This document shows positions 45,420 to 58,210 of a stretch of DNA of 64,000 nucleotides, one piece after another; the first letter of the stretch is position 1, and every line of letters starts with the position of its first letter. The notes beneath the pieces are model-generated. The model saw only the letters and a program-made list of their open reading frames with translations. It did not search any database and was not told the DNA's origin. The position numbers and the translations under genes were made by a program. Where the stretch lies: assembly GCA_027337125.1 (NCBI GenBank), contig GCA_027337125.1_3057.1, one strand, 5' to 3'. Source of the DNA: a phage.

Positions 45420-46877
45420 TTATGCTGGTGATAAAAAGGTAGAAAGTAGTACCCATTCGCCGTCTTTACGAACGTAAGCTTGGCCATCTTTTGGAGCTTC
45501 AGGGATATAACCTGCTTCCTGTAAAGTCTGAACATCCCCCTGTAATGAAGATACATTACTTTTAATACTACGCATTTCTTGATTAATAGAAGAAATGTTA
45601 GTTTCATTAGCTTTTATTGAATTAGTTAATCCGCGCTCTTCTACCGTTGAACCATTTGGATTTGTGCCGCTTACTAGTTTATTTAGTGCAACAACTTGGC
45701 CTTTAATTCCAGTAGTGTTATTACCAATTTCAACCTGTAAGTTTTGAACATCATTGTTCAGTCTATTAACTGAAGTTTCAACAGTTGAAACCCTATTTAA
45801 AAGAGACCCAGGAGGAGAAGGCTGACCTCCACTAGAATCAGTTCCAACGATTTGGTTTAGCCATGAAACGTTTGCTCGTAGTCCAGATGAAGTGTTTTCA
45901 CCAACAATTCCATTTAAAAACTCAATTGATGTGGTATTATCTTTAATTTGACCTTTAATACTAGAAGGAATATCATCTGAGCCAATTGATGTTTCAATGA
46001 CAGTCAATCGTTGTTTAATACCTCCGCTTTTATTTAGTTCATCATTTAAAGCTGAAATTTCTCGTGTATTAGTGTTAACATCTGTGATTATTGAAGTATT
46101 TCCTGGATATCCAATAGAAGTTTTGATAGATTTAATTTCGGAACTAAGATTAATCTGCGATTGATCTAAATTATGAACACGTGAATATATGCTTTCACTG
46201 AATGAAGATGGTCTTTGTCCAAGTTCTTGTCTAAGATTTCCGACTTCAATTGTCAGTGAACCTACATCAGATTCAATAAATTTTTCTTCCAAATCACTTA
46301 GACGTATTCCTTGGGAAGTTATAGCATCTGTATTATTAATGATGCGGTGCTTCATACCCGTGCTGCTATTTCCTACAACAGGAAGACCATTAATGTCTTG
46401 CCCAGCATATTGTCCTAATTCCCTTTTAATCCATAACAAATCATTTCTAATCGTTCTATAAACTGAATTTGCTTGCGAATTAAATGGACCAATATCAGAA
46501 AGAATATTATCAACCGTAGTATTTGTACCATTTAATATATCAGTATGTTCATTCGTGAGTGTCTTTAAATTTGATATATCATTTTTATTAACACTGATCT
46601 GTGATAGCGCTTCTATATCTCCTGATACATCTAAAATGCCTTGAATGGTTTTAATATCTTCCTGAGATGTTTCAATGGCAGTTTTAAGAATTCCTACATT
46701 TTCGTCGAGAACCTCGACATTTTTAAACACAGAAACAGTTGGTCTATTCATTGACCCATCGTTTCCGTACTTAGTACTAGCTCCTAATATTTCTTCACCA
46801 TTTTTAATCCATGAAATACGTTCCTGACCTTCGCCAGGAACGCTATCAACAAAAGGTAAATCTTTTAATTCAATCAT
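45420..46877 (-). CDS. wac: fibritin (whiskers)
   Basis: 485 aa, coiled-coil heptad-rich; C-terminal [27 protein letters not shown] foldon-like; matches T4 wac. Confidence 0.88.
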   Translation of the reverse strand: MIELKDLPFVDSVPGEGQERISWIKNGEEILGASTKYGNDGSMNRPTVSVFKNVEVLDENVGILKTAIETSQEDIKTIQGILDVSGDIEALSQISVNKNDISNLKTLTNEHTDILNGTNTTVDNILSDIGPFNSQANSVYRTIRNDLLWIKRELGQYAGQDINGLPVVGNSSTGMKHRIINNTDAITSQGIRLSDLEEKFIESDVGSLTIEVGNLRQELGQRPSSFSESIYSRVHNLDQSQINLSSEIKSIKTSIGYPGNTSIITDVNTNTREISALNDELNKSGGIKQRLTVIETSIGSDDIPSSIKGQIKDNTTSIEFLNGIVGENTSSGLRANVSWLNQIVGTDSSGGQPSPPGSLLNRVSTVETSVNRLNNDVQNLQVEIGNNTTGIKGQVVALNKLVSGTNPNGSTVEERGLTNSIKANETNISSINQEMRSIKSNVSSLQGDVQTLQEAGYIPEAPKDGQAYVRKDGEWVLLSTFLSPA

Positions 46878-46886
46878 TTGTAATCC

Positions 46887-48443
46887 TTAGTAATGAATTT
46901 TAATAATATAGTTTAATGATATATTCCATGGTCTAGTTTCATAACCAATTAATCCTTCGCGATTTAACGTGCCGAACGAGTCACGAGGACCACCCATTTC
47001 AAATCCGTCATTAGTAAAGAACAAATGGTTGTCCCAGTCGGCGCTTCTACCATTGCCCAAATATCCATTGCCATTAGATGCGCCAAACGGTGCATAACCT
47101 CTGTTATTTCCATTTTCCCCCCAGGCACCAGCATGTTTATGGTATGATATTTGTTGTGCTTGAACACCACCAACATGCATTCCATCACATCCTACACCAA
47201 GTCTATCCTTCCCATAACCATCTTGTCCTCGTTGATTTAAAATATGACCGCCGGTGCCCGCTCCTCTAACAAAAAGACCTCGCATATCAGGAATCCCTGG
47301 ATTATTCCAATCCCCGCCAAATCTTGTTCCAACCGTGTTTCTATAATCAGGATATTGATCTCCTGACACGGTTCCGCCGTGGCACATAATCCAACCCGGA
47401 GGTGCTGAATCACCCGCAAACATCATAATAGTTCCAACTGGAACTCTTTCGGACGCATATCTTTCAGTGGCAACAGGTTGATCGCCATTTTTCCACATTC
47501 CGCCGCGCGACCAAATTCCGTTTGCTGTAAGATGGTCTAAATTTAAAGAACCATTAATAGTTTGTCCACCACGAGTATTAATTACATCTGCGTTCCATGC
47601 TAATGCACCAGAGCTATCACCTTCAGGGGCAATACCGGCTTGCGTCGTTAATTTAACTACTCCACGCATAGAACCAGTAGCTCCTCGACCATTTAGCGTT
47701 TCACCCGTTACTGCAACATCTCCCAAATTACTGTTAATTTCCGATTGTGTTCCTAAACGTATAACACCCTTATATTCTTGTGTTGCAACAGAATTCATAA
47801 AGGTATACGGAGAAATTGCATATCCTTCGCGGAGAGTTCCTTGACGAGTTTGCGCAACAGTAGATAATTGAACTACACCTCTCACAGATTCTGATGCAGT
47901 ATCTTCGGAAGGAGCTATTTGTGAAATTAATTTTATTGCAAGTTTTTGCGTTTTTAATGGAGTCATTGCCGTAGTATCATCAACTCCAGCTAAAGCTGCA
48001 GGTGTAGATGATATTTTAATAACCCCGTTTGATGACTCAGACGAATATCTATTTTGGAACACATCGTCAGTGTGGTATTTCAGTTTTTGCGGCGTTATTG
48101 ATGAATTATTATCTGAACCTTCTAATGTTTCTTCATTTGTTGAATAACGCGTTAAACCATATTTAGTTTCAGTAGCATTTGGATATAATAATCTTGTTGC
48201 TAATGTAGCTGGTGTAACGATTTTAGAATTATTAGTTCCATCTAAAACCTCTTGCTCTGACGCAATCATTGCTATTCCTTTAACTTCCATAGTTGCATCA
48301 GGAATACCATTTACGCCGATATTACTTATTTTTGATAATGCAGACTGCACTGTCACGACAGTGTCAGGAAAATTCGATCCAGTAGGATCGAATTTAACAT
48401 ATTTTGATTCATTTGATACGTGCTGATATGTATTGTTACTCAT
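46887..48443 (-). CDS. 12: short tail fibre protein gp12
   Basis: 518 aa (T4 gp12 about 527); synteny. Confidence 0.85.
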   Translation of the reverse strand: MSNNTYQHVSNESKYVKFDPTGSNFPDTVVTVQSALSKISNIGVNGIPDATMEVKGIAMIASEQEVLDGTNNSKIVTPATLATRLLYPNATETKYGLTRYSTNEETLEGSDNNSSITPQKLKYHTDDVFQNRYSSESSNGVIKISSTPAALAGVDDTTAMTPLKTQKLAIKLISQIAPSEDTASESVRGVVQLSTVAQTRQGTLREGYAISPYTFMNSVATQEYKGVIRLGTQSEINSNLGDVAVTGETLNGRGATGSMRGVVKLTTQAGIAPEGDSSGALAWNADVINTRGGQTINGSLNLDHLTANGIWSRGGMWKNGDQPVATERYASERVPVGTIMMFAGDSAPPGWIMCHGGTVSGDQYPDYRNTVGTRFGGDWNNPGIPDMRGLFVRGAGTGGHILNQRGQDGYGKDRLGVGCDGMHVGGVQAQQISYHKHAGAWGENGNNRGYAPFGASNGNGYLGNGRSADWDNHLFFTNDGFEMGGPRDSFGTLNREGLIGYETRPWNISLNYIIKIHY

Positions 48444-49099
48444 GCTATTCTCTCAAAATAATAAAATACCGTAGGTTGTGTGTGACTATCTAGCGTGACA
48501 GTTTGCGCACCTAATAATTGCCAAGTTCCGTATCCAGGTTTAGAAGGAGAAATTATTTCTTGTTTGAAAGTAATTCCTTTATCAGAGTATTGTTCTAAGA
48601 TATGTTCTTGGTTATCTAAATACTTAACTTGTATTTTATTTCCTATGGTAGGATGGTCTTCAAATGAATCAATTGCAATAAATTTTGCAACCATTTCCTG
48701 CAGAGCTGTTCTAACGGCACTGGTAAATTCGATTGAAGTCATTCCGTTAGTAGCTTTAACAGGAATGCCAAACATGTTAACAATAACTGGGTCACCTGGT
48801 TTGGCTGAAGTATCATTGACAGTTCCTTCAAATGACCAATAGTCTGTTTGCTGCACGCCAGTAGGAGATACGCCACTTATATTAACTAATACAGCTCCAA
48901 CCTGTTGCTCTGCCATATTTCTAACATCATTGATAGCAGATTCTACATTTGGGTCATAAAAACCTTTTGCTATTTGTGAAATTGTTACAGCACCTACTGG
49001 CTGATTATTCATAACCGAAATATCATTTTTCTTAGTTCTAAAACCAAGAAAATCTGCTAAGCGGGAAATAACTCCCGCTTTATTATTAAGTAAACTCAT
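48440..49099 (-). CDS. 11: baseplate wedge / short-fibre attachment protein gp11
   Basis: 219 aa from MSLLNNKAG...; ORF track start at 49117 adds 6 aa. Confidence 0.8.
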   Translation of the reverse strand: MSLLNNKAGVISRLADFLGFRTKKNDISVMNNQPVGAVTISQIAKGFYDPNVESAINDVRNMAEQQVGAVLVNISGVSPTGVQQTDYWSFEGTVNDTSAKPGDPVIVNMFGIPVKATNGMTSIEFTSAVRTALQEMVAKFIAIDSFEDHPTIGNKIQVKYLDNQEHILEQYSDKGITFKQEIISPSKPGYGTWQLLGAQTVTLDSHTQPTVFYYFERIA

Positions 49100-50904
49100 T
49101 ATGCAATCCTTATCCAACGGTATACAGTAATAGACGGTTGAATATTACTAATATTAGCAGGAGGAGTATGTGAAGAGTTTGTTGTTGCATAGTCTTCACG
49201 ATATTTTGTATATATAGGACCAGTTTCATCTGGGTCATATTGGCAACCCCCAATAATAACCGATCCATTTTCGTCTTCAATTAAAACTCTTTCGTCGGTT
49301 TTAGTCGCAGGAAGATTTGCGTTTTCAAGTGTCACCGTTGTTGTTCCAACCGTTCCACCGGCAGTATGTGAAGGATTTCCGCTAGAATCTAAATCATTAT
49401 TGTTTAAAGCAAAGTTTGGATCCGTAACATCATCATTCCATCCTACTAAAACTTGTCCTTTACCAAATAATTTCCATGAACCAAATCCCATATAAGTCAC
49501 CGGATTATTTGGATTTATAGCATTTTCATAAATTGAACCTACAGGATAAATGCTATCGAAAATAGATGATATTGAATTATACGTTCTAGTATAAGAATCA
49601 ACTTTTTCAACATTTGGCCAACCGATTTTATCAAAATCTGTTAAGGCCACATCACCAGTAACTTCAGTAGATGATCCTTTACTAACATAACGGTCATCCG
49701 TTAATTCAATAATGTCATCTTTTTCTAAAAGAGTTCCTAAATCATTATTGAACCACGTTATAACGATTATATCGCCTGATTCAAATTTTCTATCAAATAA
49801 AAGACTGATAGGTTTTCCATCTTCATATTCTATAGAATAATCTGTGTTTGATTCTTTCCATTCGCCACCAAGAGATATACATCCTTCTTGCGTATCTGAA
49901 TTAGCGCCTTCACACAAAAACAGAGGATATCCAGCGGTTCCAGCCTGCTGCTGTAAAATTCCATTAAAACGAACCTCAAGAGAATTAGGATTAATGGGTT
50001 CACCAGGAATTAATCCAAATGCAGAAAATGGAATTGATTTCATCGCCGATAAATCAGTAACATAAATGCTTCCTTCTAAAGAAGTCTTTGATGTTAGTTT
50101 TGAATCCAGTACTTTTATTTGGCGTCTTGTATATGAACTTCTCCATTGTGATACACCATCCATAAATGTTTCAATTTGAACGGTGTCACCAATATTACAA
50201 GGCTGTCTTAATCGAATATTAAATCCATCAAGAGGAACTAATTCGCCTTCATTTTCGCCCGGAGAGCCAAAGTCACTGTTTTCGCTAAATACATCACCGT
50301 AATACAATTCGTTACCACGATGTTTTACTCTGATGTTATTGACATTATAACTAGTTCCATTGAAAACATCTAAAAAGTCTGTTTGCCCTTGAACTTCAAC
50401 TAAAAATTCTTTGCGAGCTACATTACTAATGTCTGAACTAATAATTTTATCAATTTGCTTATTTTTGACATACTCCCAGCGTCCTGGAGCGCAATAAACG
50501 AGCTCTAAATCACTAAATTGAATATTAATTTCAACTGATGATGACGACCCTTTAATTGTATCTCCGGAAGCAGCTACTAGTGTAACTGGATTGATGTTCC
50601 ACGTTGCAAATACATCCCTGGCTCTAATTACCTTGTTGTAATCATTGACAGTTCCTTTAGGAAGTTGTAGAGTTACTCTTCCAGAAGAGGTATTAATAGC
50701 GTATGATTTTCCCCATTCTGCCGTTAGTGTTTGACCAGATGAAGCATCATAAGTTTTCCAGGCACCGGCTGAATATGGAACATCTCCATCACCAAGTTCA
50801 TAATAAAGCTCATCAAAGTTTTCATTTATTTTTATACCACCTTTACGCAGGTAGTCACCGGTACCATCATCAACAACATTACCGATATTAATATTTTGTT
50901 TCAT
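49099..50904 (-). CDS. 10: baseplate wedge protein gp10
   Basis: 601 aa (T4 gp10 602). Confidence 0.85.
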   Translation of the reverse strand: MKQNINIGNVVDDGTGDYLRKGGIKINENFDELYYELGDGDVPYSAGAWKTYDASSGQTLTAEWGKSYAINTSSGRVTLQLPKGTVNDYNKVIRARDVFATWNINPVTLVAASGDTIKGSSSSVEINIQFSDLELVYCAPGRWEYVKNKQIDKIISSDISNVARKEFLVEVQGQTDFLDVFNGTSYNVNNIRVKHRGNELYYGDVFSENSDFGSPGENEGELVPLDGFNIRLRQPCNIGDTVQIETFMDGVSQWRSSYTRRQIKVLDSKLTSKTSLEGSIYVTDLSAMKSIPFSAFGLIPGEPINPNSLEVRFNGILQQQAGTAGYPLFLCEGANSDTQEGCISLGGEWKESNTDYSIEYEDGKPISLLFDRKFESGDIIVITWFNNDLGTLLEKDDIIELTDDRYVSKGSSTEVTGDVALTDFDKIGWPNVEKVDSYTRTYNSISSIFDSIYPVGSIYENAINPNNPVTYMGFGSWKLFGKGQVLVGWNDDVTDPNFALNNNDLDSSGNPSHTAGGTVGTTTVTLENANLPATKTDERVLIEDENGSVIIGGCQYDPDETGPIYTKYREDYATTNSSHTPPANISNIQPSITVYRWIRIA

Positions 50905-51770
50905 TATTGAGCCACCCCGATTTTCTGCGTAGCGATAACTTTAACTGCTGCTCTCATACCGACAGTTGAAGAACTTATAGTCGCCGTTACATAATTTTCT
51001 TTAATACTAAATGCAATATTAGCGATTTCGTCTTCTTCGGTTTCATTCCCAACCCGCATGACAGCATATTCAGAAGAAATGACCGTTGAATTAACAGTAT
51101 CTACAAGAATATTTATTTCTGCTGTTTTAATTTTTCTTCCATCTACTGATTGGCATGTAACTAACAATTTAGCCATGTTATATTCAGTACGATGAAATAA
51201 TGGAATGTCAACTGACCCAGATGTAGAAATATTCCATGTACCTTCGACCGGTGATTCCTTTTGGCCAAACATACTTTCAATAGAATAATTCCAAACTGAC
51301 GTAGAATTATCAGATGAAATACAACGTAAAGTAACTTTACTATATGGGCTAGTTACTACCAAATTACCCGAAACACCTTTAATTGAATCAATGGCTTGAA
51401 TTGTTAAAGGATTAGTAACTGATATCGATCCGTTAGAATTAATGAATTCAACACAGTCACCGAGTTCTCCTCTTTCAATGATAACTTTAACACCTACAGT
51501 AGAGGTATCAATATCATGTCTAGTGCCAACTTTTACTGGAGTTGCGTACTCTGTGATAGAATGCTTTTGATAATATCCAGTAGCATGGATAATTTGGCCG
51601 TCAGCGCCAGTACCATTTGCTACTGCCATTTTACGCTGATCGCCAAACGCGTTATAAATTGCATTAAAATCACTATTAATTTTATTACCACCGTCGAATA
51701 AGATATCACCAGTAGAAGCGTTACCAATTTCGCCGGTATCAATCAATTTCTTTGGTTCTTGAATGAACAT
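50904..51770 (-). CDS. 9: baseplate wedge / long-fibre socket protein gp9
   Basis: 288 aa matching T4 gp9. Confidence 0.85.
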   Translation of the reverse strand: MFIQEPKKLIDTGEIGNASTGDILFDGGNKINSDFNAIYNAFGDQRKMAVANGTGADGQIIHATGYYQKHSITEYATPVKVGTRHDIDTSTVGVKVIIERGELGDCVEFINSNGSISVTNPLTIQAIDSIKGVSGNLVVTSPYSKVTLRCISSDNSTSVWNYSIESMFGQKESPVEGTWNISTSGSVDIPLFHRTEYNMAKLLVTCQSVDGRKIKTAEINILVDTVNSTVISSEYAVMRVGNETEEDEIANIAFSIKENYVTATISSSTVGMRAAVKVIATQKIGVAQ

Positions 51771-51794
51771 AGCGGTTTCCTTATGAGTTTATAG

Positions 51795-51802
51795 TATTTA
51801 TA
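51795..51802 (-). promoter_or_regulatory. candidate late promoter (TATAAATA) for gene 9
   Basis: + strand TATTTATA 25 nt upstream of gp9 start. Confidence 0.5.
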
Positions 51803-51810
51803 AAGAAAAA

Positions 51811-51828
51811 GGGAGCCCATGGGCTCCC
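51811..51828 (-). terminator. perfect 18-bp palindrome GGGAGCCCATGGGCTCCC; terminator after gene 8
   Basis: Self-complementary; on - strand followed by TTTTTCTTTATAAATA. Confidence 0.55.
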
Positions 51829-51833
51829 TTAAT

Positions 51834-52838
51834 TTAAAATGTAAACAGAATATTGATTTCTTCTGTTTGATCCATTGCCATAATAATAGGTGGCCTATTT
51901 TCCATATAAATCATTTCGCCCGAATGCCTCATTAAATCTTCCGGATCATAGTAATCCTTTTCAGCTTTAACGTTTGTGTCATTTGGATGAACTTTAGCTT
52001 CAAGAGGATTCGTGATTATCGATATTTGTCTAAATCCTTTATTTCCTGGCAATGCAGCTTCAGGAAAATAAACTGAATCTAAGTATGCTTTAAAACGAAT
52101 AGTATTTGCCTTAACCCGGTAAATTAATCCAAAATCATCTTGCTGCCAAGTGAGGTTATCTTCATACCCCCATCTAGTCGGATCTTCTTTTAATTCCTCA
52201 GGCCAAGGAACCACGATATATTCATTCGTGCATCTGTTTATAGATACATCAGGCGGAATCTCAAAAAGATATTCCCATACATACCCGTCTCCAGGTTCGA
52301 TTGTTCCTTCCGCGTCTCCTCGACCTTCAGGAGGAGTCATTGACCTAACAGAAGGAGTCCATTTTCCACCTAGCTTAAGGCATTCATCCTTATTAGTTAA
52401 AGACTCAATTGAGCACATTCCGGTATCAGGAACATCTAAACAACGATATACTAACCAGCCTGCGCCTGATTCGGTAGCGTTGTAAGGAGCTGAGTTACAC
52501 ACTACAATATCGTTAATTCTAAATGTGTATGGATCCGGATATCTAGTATCTCCCCAATCTCGACGAGGAATAACTGCATCAAGCATAGATGGAAGAACCT
52601 TCACGGTTCCCATCATATGAGTCCACATGTCAGTTACACCTAACACAGAATCGGTGGGATAAGGTGGGGCAAATCCCACCTCATTTTCGTTTGATGACCA
52701 CGGTTCTGATCTTCCAAATGTAATAAAGATAGTGTTTTTATCCGGACCACTTCCAATTGAATTATAAAAATTCAACATTTTTTCTGTTCTAAATTTTGAA
52801 GTAACTATCGCACGATAGATAACACTTGAATCATTCAT
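51834..52838 (-). CDS. 8: baseplate wedge protein gp8
   Basis: 334 aa matching T4 gp8. Confidence 0.85.
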   Translation of the reverse strand: MNDSSVIYRAIVTSKFRTEKMLNFYNSIGSGPDKNTIFITFGRSEPWSSNENEVGFAPPYPTDSVLGVTDMWTHMMGTVKVLPSMLDAVIPRRDWGDTRYPDPYTFRINDIVVCNSAPYNATESGAGWLVYRCLDVPDTGMCSIESLTNKDECLKLGGKWTPSVRSMTPPEGRGDAEGTIEPGDGYVWEYLFEIPPDVSINRCTNEYIVVPWPEELKEDPTRWGYEDNLTWQQDDFGLIYRVKANTIRFKAYLDSVYFPEAALPGNKGFRQISIITNPLEAKVHPNDTNVKAEKDYYDPEDLMRHSGEMIYMENRPPIIMAMDQTEEINILFTF

Positions 52839-55800
52839 CTATTTTAACCTGTGTTGGATTTTCAGGGTCTCTTGGATTTCCTATATTATCTTTTAGACGT
52901 TTATTAACTAAATCCCTAAATTGTGCAAATGTTGTTCCAGATGCATCAAATAGAGGACTCATTAATTTACGTCGTTCAGATGGCAATTGACCTTGAAATA
53001 TTGAATTATTATTTTCAGCATTATAGTCATCAGGAAGAGGATATTCTACACCAGCCATTGGGCCAGGTTCATAAATTGCTTCGCCTGTTACTGAGTCATG
53101 CTCAATTTCACCGGTTGGAGTCAATTTGGCTACTCTATCAGCATATTCAGTAGGCAATCCAGAATCCCATTTATAGTTTTTGTATTTATTAATTATAGTC
53201 TCTGTGTGTTTAAGAGTTAAACCAACATTAATAAACATTGTTAAAAGGGTAATTGCTATAAATCCAAATCCTACTGGATGAACAAAACGAATAACGTCAG
53301 ATTTCCAGCGGGAAGAAGGTAAATTGGATTTAATTTTCATTACATAATATGATCTACTTCTATTAATATAGTCTATATTATTTTGAAGCAAATCCTTTCC
53401 TTTAACCCCGCGAATAATTTCGCCTTCGAAACTAGGGAGTCTTTCTGCTTTAACTTCTTGACCGGCAATTAATCTTCCCAAAAGATTATGAATAGTTACG
53501 GTCCATTGCAATTTACCATTAGAATAGCTTCTTTCTATATAAGTAACATTACATCTTCCTGTAGCTGTATAAATCGTTTGTCCTACTAAGTCTTCGGTTA
53601 AAGAATCAGATTGAACGATTACATCATATTCAGTACCAGCTCCAGATTCAATTTCAATTTCAACTTCTTCATTATAAAGAACTTTAAAAAGAAATTTGTA
53701 TGATGCTTCAATTCCTTTAGTAGAATAAAAATCATAGCTACGTGATTCAAAAAATCTTGCAACAGCATCACGTTTATCAGCATTTAAATAAATGTTTCTT
53801 TTATATATCTCTGACCACAAATATTCCCATGCGTGCTCTTCTCGCGGATATTGGTTACGAATTAAATTTCGTAAATTATTATACTGAGTTCCATATCCAT
53901 CAGAAAGATACTGAATATATGCTTCGCAGAATGCCTCAAAATTAGAATCCTGTAGCAAATAAGAATCAGGCATCATTGTGCCAATCAATGGTCTTAAATC
54001 AGGATCAGCTAATCCATGCTCTTCTTCCGGGGACCAAGGAGTTTCACGCTCTTGGTTTTGTAAAAATGCTTTTAAAAATATTCCAGTTGGCTTCCAAATT
54101 ATTTCAACCGTGTCTCTCACTCGATAGTTAAAATCATAGTAAGAAATTATTTCACCAGAAGACTTATAAAAAAGCATCCCAGACGCGTATTTTTTAAATC
54201 CCGTGAATTTAACATTTGGCATTACTATCGTGCAATCACCATCATCCCAATATTCATGAACTAATCTATCTGGCGATGTTTCCGGAATATTTTCTATAAC
54301 TTTGGTGTATTTTAAATCAGCATAAACTACTACAGCTCTATCAGAGTTGTTTATCCAACAGCGTGTGTTAGATTTTTTAGACCAGTTAAAGAATGGTTCT
54401 GCATAGTATTTCATCGGCTGAGGCGTAAAAGTTTCCCAATCAGATTTTTCATCTGCTATAAATGCCATCATATGATAATGCTTATCAGCTAGCCATTCAC
54501 GAGGAAATTCATATTTAACAGCACCGATTAACTGATATTTCGCTGCAGTTTCAGGGTCATTAACAATGTTATCACTTAAAAATTTAAAATTACTCGAAGA
54601 CAGAGAAACTAATTTACCGTCAGTTGACATATTCGCATATCCAGGTTGAATACGTCTTCTTTCTTCTTCAGTGTTGCCAAAAACTCTTTTCCATGTTTTC
54701 GTGTCATGATTTAAAACATATATTCCTTTATCAGCAGAATCAATTATTTTTGATGTTCTAGGATTAGCATTTAATGTTTCAACTTCACCAATAATAAGAG
54801 CAAAAACTTTATCACCAATAGAATCCATTTTATAACATACTGCTTTAGGATTTCCGGTTATAGTCATTGTGTCAGGTTCAAAAAGTCTTTCCGAATATGT
54901 TGGAGATAATGGATCAGAATCTATAGGTGCATTACTCGTTTTTATGTATCTAACTTTATCTCTGGCAACAACATAGATATAATCATCCGTGCAAGTAATA
55001 GCCTCAGCTATACGGTATACATTCGCTGGTAAAGTTGCGTAAGTGGCAAAAATTTCTACATCAAATCCTAGATGTAATTGGTCGCCAAGTTTAGCGAATG
55101 TTATATCCTGTGAACTGAATCTGACATCATCGGCTGACCATCTAACATCAGTAGATTTACGGTCATAGAAAATCTTGTCGTATCCTAGAACGTATGTAGT
55201 GTTCGCGGATTGGTAATATACAGTCTTAGATAAAGGATATCCTACGCGGTCATTGAAGAGCTTTACAGCTTTCCAAGTTTGTCCTTTATCATTGGATACT
55301 TTAACTACGGGTTGATAGCGCTCAAAAAGATATAGAACCCCTTCTGATTCCATCAAATAAACTCGGTTAATATCCTTACATACTTGCTGAATAGAACCTT
55401 GTATTTCATGATACTCATTTTCACCAATAATAAAATTACTTATTGATGAAACATCGACATATGATGGGCTGAATTGAAACGATTCATTCATCAATGCAGC
55501 CATTATAGTGTCATTGTTAAAATTGACATAGTCAGAATTATTAAGAGTAAATTTTTCCTGAATGAATTTATTAGCTAATTGCATTTCAATCATGTTTTGA
55601 AATGTATAAGCGTTTGTAGCAAAAGTTTCAAACTCTTCAGTATAAATCCAATCAGACTGCTCAAAATCCTGCGCAGCTGTAGCTACTCTAATAATGTACG
55701 ATGTCAATGGATTAGCATTATCAAAAAAGAAGCTGTTATTTGCAGTATATCCTAAGTTAATCCATCTGTATTGATTACTCGGGAGATTTTCCCCCAAGTT

Positions 55801-55929
55801 TGTTTTTGTCTCAGCGATTTCTACAAAATAGTAGAAATTAGCACCAACGTCATCCCAGCGTACTTGCACCTGATTTGCGGATAACTTGGAAATTCTGAGA
55901 CTAGTGACTGAAGGTGCTTTTACTGTCAT
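52831..55929 (-). CDS. 7: baseplate wedge protein gp7
   Basis: 1032 aa matching T4 gp7. Confidence 0.9.
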   Translation of the reverse strand: MTVKAPSVTSLRISKLSANQVQVRWDDVGANFYYFVEIAETKTNLGENLPSNQYRWINLGYTANNSFFFDNANPLTSYIIRVATAAQDFEQSDWIYTEEFETFATNAYTFQNMIEMQLANKFIQEKFTLNNSDYVNFNNDTIMAALMNESFQFSPSYVDVSSISNFIIGENEYHEIQGSIQQVCKDINRVYLMESEGVLYLFERYQPVVKVSNDKGQTWKAVKLFNDRVGYPLSKTVYYQSANTTYVLGYDKIFYDRKSTDVRWSADDVRFSSQDITFAKLGDQLHLGFDVEIFATYATLPANVYRIAEAITCTDDYIYVVARDKVRYIKTSNAPIDSDPLSPTYSERLFEPDTMTITGNPKAVCYKMDSIGDKVFALIIGEVETLNANPRTSKIIDSADKGIYVLNHDTKTWKRVFGNTEEERRRIQPGYANMSTDGKLVSLSSSNFKFLSDNIVNDPETAAKYQLIGAVKYEFPREWLADKHYHMMAFIADEKSDWETFTPQPMKYYAEPFFNWSKKSNTRCWINNSDRAVVVYADLKYTKVIENIPETSPDRLVHEYWDDGDCTIVMPNVKFTGFKKYASGMLFYKSSGEIISYYDFNYRVRDTVEIIWKPTGIFLKAFLQNQERETPWSPEEEHGLADPDLRPLIGTMMPDSYLLQDSNFEAFCEAYIQYLSDGYGTQYNNLRNLIRNQYPREEHAWEYLWSEIYKRNIYLNADKRDAVARFFESRSYDFYSTKGIEASYKFLFKVLYNEEVEIEIESGAGTEYDVIVQSDSLTEDLVGQTIYTATGRCNVTYIERSYSNGKLQWTVTIHNLLGRLIAGQEVKAERLPSFEGEIIRGVKGKDLLQNNIDYINRSRSYYVMKIKSNLPSSRWKSDVIRFVHPVGFGFIAITLLTMFINVGLTLKHTETIINKYKNYKWDSGLPTEYADRVAKLTPTGEIEHDSVTGEAIYEPGPMAGVEYPLPDDYNAENNNSIFQGQLPSERRKLMSPLFDASGTTFAQFRDLVNKRLKDNIGNPRDPENPTQVKIDE

Positions 55930-57908
55930 TGTGATATAGGCTCCAAATCGATAGTTAAGTATTGTGGACGTAAATCATTTTCAAATACAATCAGTGAACC
56001 ATCGCGTGTGAAAATAACATCGTCTATTGGATCAGAATATAGCTCAATAGTCTGAACCTCAAATTTATCGGATGTTAAATTAATTTTAGCGATATTCCAA
56101 TAAATCATGTCAGCTGGATAATTTATTTCACCGATAACATAGTATTTGTCACGTCCATCGGAACTTGCTAATTTATTAAAATCATTGCCTGTATATGGCT
56201 GAATGTTTTCATTTTCTGTAACATCGCCAGAAGCAAATGGACCAATAATAACTTTGCCAATTCCTTTAGAATCTCGGTCTGTTGATACTATACGAACGTC
56301 ATATAATACATCTTCTTCTAAACCAGTATCAGGATTTACAACCTTTCGTCCAGAATTAAATGAAAACGTATTAGATTCCATAGAACGATCTTTTATTTGA
56401 TTATTGTATTTAATACCAGCTTCAGGCGTTTTATAGAAGTTTTGTACTTCACGTACCATTTGAATTGTCGCGGATGAGCCAATGATAGAATGATCTGCAT
56501 CATCTACATATGTCAACATCTTAGATTTAGCGAAAGATGAGTTAAAAATTTCTACATCTTCGGTATAATAACGATCAATTTTATCAATTATTTGACCTTC
56601 TAGCCACTGTTCTGATTCTTGCAGTTTATTTAAAGCATATGTGACTTTTAAATTAGTCTTAACAAAAAGATAATTAGGAGAAATAATTGATGGTGTAATA
56701 GGAGCTAAATTATAATCTTTAAGATAATTTTTAATATCTTCACGTTGTACAGTAGTTAAATATAGTCCTGATTTAGGTTTAGCAGCAATAAATGCATAAC
56801 CGGGTTTAGTAGAATCAGTGAACGTCTGAACTGCTTGAATAATAGAACCAAATCTCTCTGAAACGAATGTATCATAGTCAGTCGCAGTTACGCAGCGTTG
56901 CTGGGTTTCGCGTTTAATAGTACCCAATTCGCGAATACGCTCAATATCTTCTGGATCGCCGCCGCCATCTGCCCCAACAAAATCTGGGTCATCATTTGGA
57001 TTTTCGTTAATATTGATGACAGTTATATTTGTTAATGTATCTGCGTATGAAAATCCGACTGCACCATTCGCATCTGCACCGTTAGTACTGATGTACTCAA
57101 TAACAATCGTAGAGTTCTGGGTAGGTTTAAGACCTCCAATATAATTAGCGGTCAATGCTCCTTCTGCCGCGTTAACAGAAATCTCACCTTCACCAAAATA
57201 AAATTCAGTATTTCCATCAATAGTTTCACGCATGTAGTAAATTGTTGATGTAGAACCAGCATGAACCATTGACTTTCTTGTCCAGTTAATCCATTCTGCT
57301 CCATCAACGTATAGTTTAACTTGGTTTCTATCTATATTTTTGTCATAAATGATAATAGGTGTTAATTTATCATAAATGATTTCAGTTCTTACTATACGTC
57401 CCTGGGCTAATTTTAAACGTGGAAAATACTGGTTATTTTTATCACGAATAGCAATAACATCTTCGGTAGAGACAAAGTTATAAGGATTAACAGAAGTATC
57501 TTTTGCATATGCTAAAAAGCGAGTACCACGAGGAATAGTAATGTAATTTCTATTCAATGCGTCTGTACAAGTTAGCATAATTTCAGTTTGAGCAGCTGAT
57601 TTTGAAGTAGGTAAATATCCATTATCTTGCGCCGCTTGAACTACTGAACTACGTAAGTTAGCAGTACGCATAAAGCTTTCATATACGGCAGCATTACCAA
57701 ACTGCTGAATGTATAATGTATTATAAGCTAAAAGGTCACACAGAACGTTTAATCTTGAGCCTTCAAAATCATAATCCAAAAATTCATTTTGGCCATTAAG
57801 CCATTCAATGAGGTTTTGTTTTATTTCAGCAAATGTGCCCCCGACGAATATCTCGGGAATAGCATTTGCTGTTCTTGTTAATTGATAATTTACAGGGGTA
57901 TTTGCCAT
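55926..57908 (-). CDS. 6: baseplate wedge protein gp6
   Basis: 660 aa matching T4 gp6. Confidence 0.9.
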   Translation of the reverse strand: MANTPVNYQLTRTANAIPEIFVGGTFAEIKQNLIEWLNGQNEFLDYDFEGSRLNVLCDLLAYNTLYIQQFGNAAVYESFMRTANLRSSVVQAAQDNGYLPTSKSAAQTEIMLTCTDALNRNYITIPRGTRFLAYAKDTSVNPYNFVSTEDVIAIRDKNNQYFPRLKLAQGRIVRTEIIYDKLTPIIIYDKNIDRNQVKLYVDGAEWINWTRKSMVHAGSTSTIYYMRETIDGNTEFYFGEGEISVNAAEGALTANYIGGLKPTQNSTIVIEYISTNGADANGAVGFSYADTLTNITVININENPNDDPDFVGADGGGDPEDIERIRELGTIKRETQQRCVTATDYDTFVSERFGSIIQAVQTFTDSTKPGYAFIAAKPKSGLYLTTVQREDIKNYLKDYNLAPITPSIISPNYLFVKTNLKVTYALNKLQESEQWLEGQIIDKIDRYYTEDVEIFNSSFAKSKMLTYVDDADHSIIGSSATIQMVREVQNFYKTPEAGIKYNNQIKDRSMESNTFSFNSGRKVVNPDTGLEEDVLYDVRIVSTDRDSKGIGKVIIGPFASGDVTENENIQPYTGNDFNKLASSDGRDKYYVIGEINYPADMIYWNIAKINLTSDKFEVQTIELYSDPIDDVIFTRDGSLIVFENDLRPQYLTIDLEPISQ

Positions 57909-57916
57909 TTTAAATC

Positions 57917-58210
57917 CTATTTAATGAATACTTTAGATGATGCCTGAGCCACAGTATCACCGCATGATATTGGATCAGCCATTTGAACAGCTTTCTTTCC
58001 AGTGACATATACCTTAGAAGTTCTAGGTTGTGTCACTCCGCCATGTGTTTCATATGGCTTTTTAATTTCTGTATGTTCTGTAATTGGATCGCCTTCTACG
58101 AGAACAGCAATTCCTCCGGTGAATACTTTACTTTGTGTAGCATTCACAACTGTTGGAGGCCATGCTTCATGGCCAGCAGTAACACACTTATCATAACTTA
58201 ATCCTGACAT
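57917..58210 (-). CDS. 5.4: baseplate spike tip protein gp5.4 (PAAR-like)
   Basis: 97 aa matching T4 gp5.4 length; between 6 and 5. Confidence 0.75.
   Translation of the reverse strand: MSGLSYDKCVTAGHEAWPPTVVNATQSKVFTGGIAVLVEGDPITEHTEIKKPYETHGGVTQPRTSKVYVTGKKAVQMADPISCGDTVAQASSKVFIK

Noticed and set aside
50703-50891. His-rich 62-aa ORF on + strand
   Set aside because: Antisense to gene 10; composition artefact
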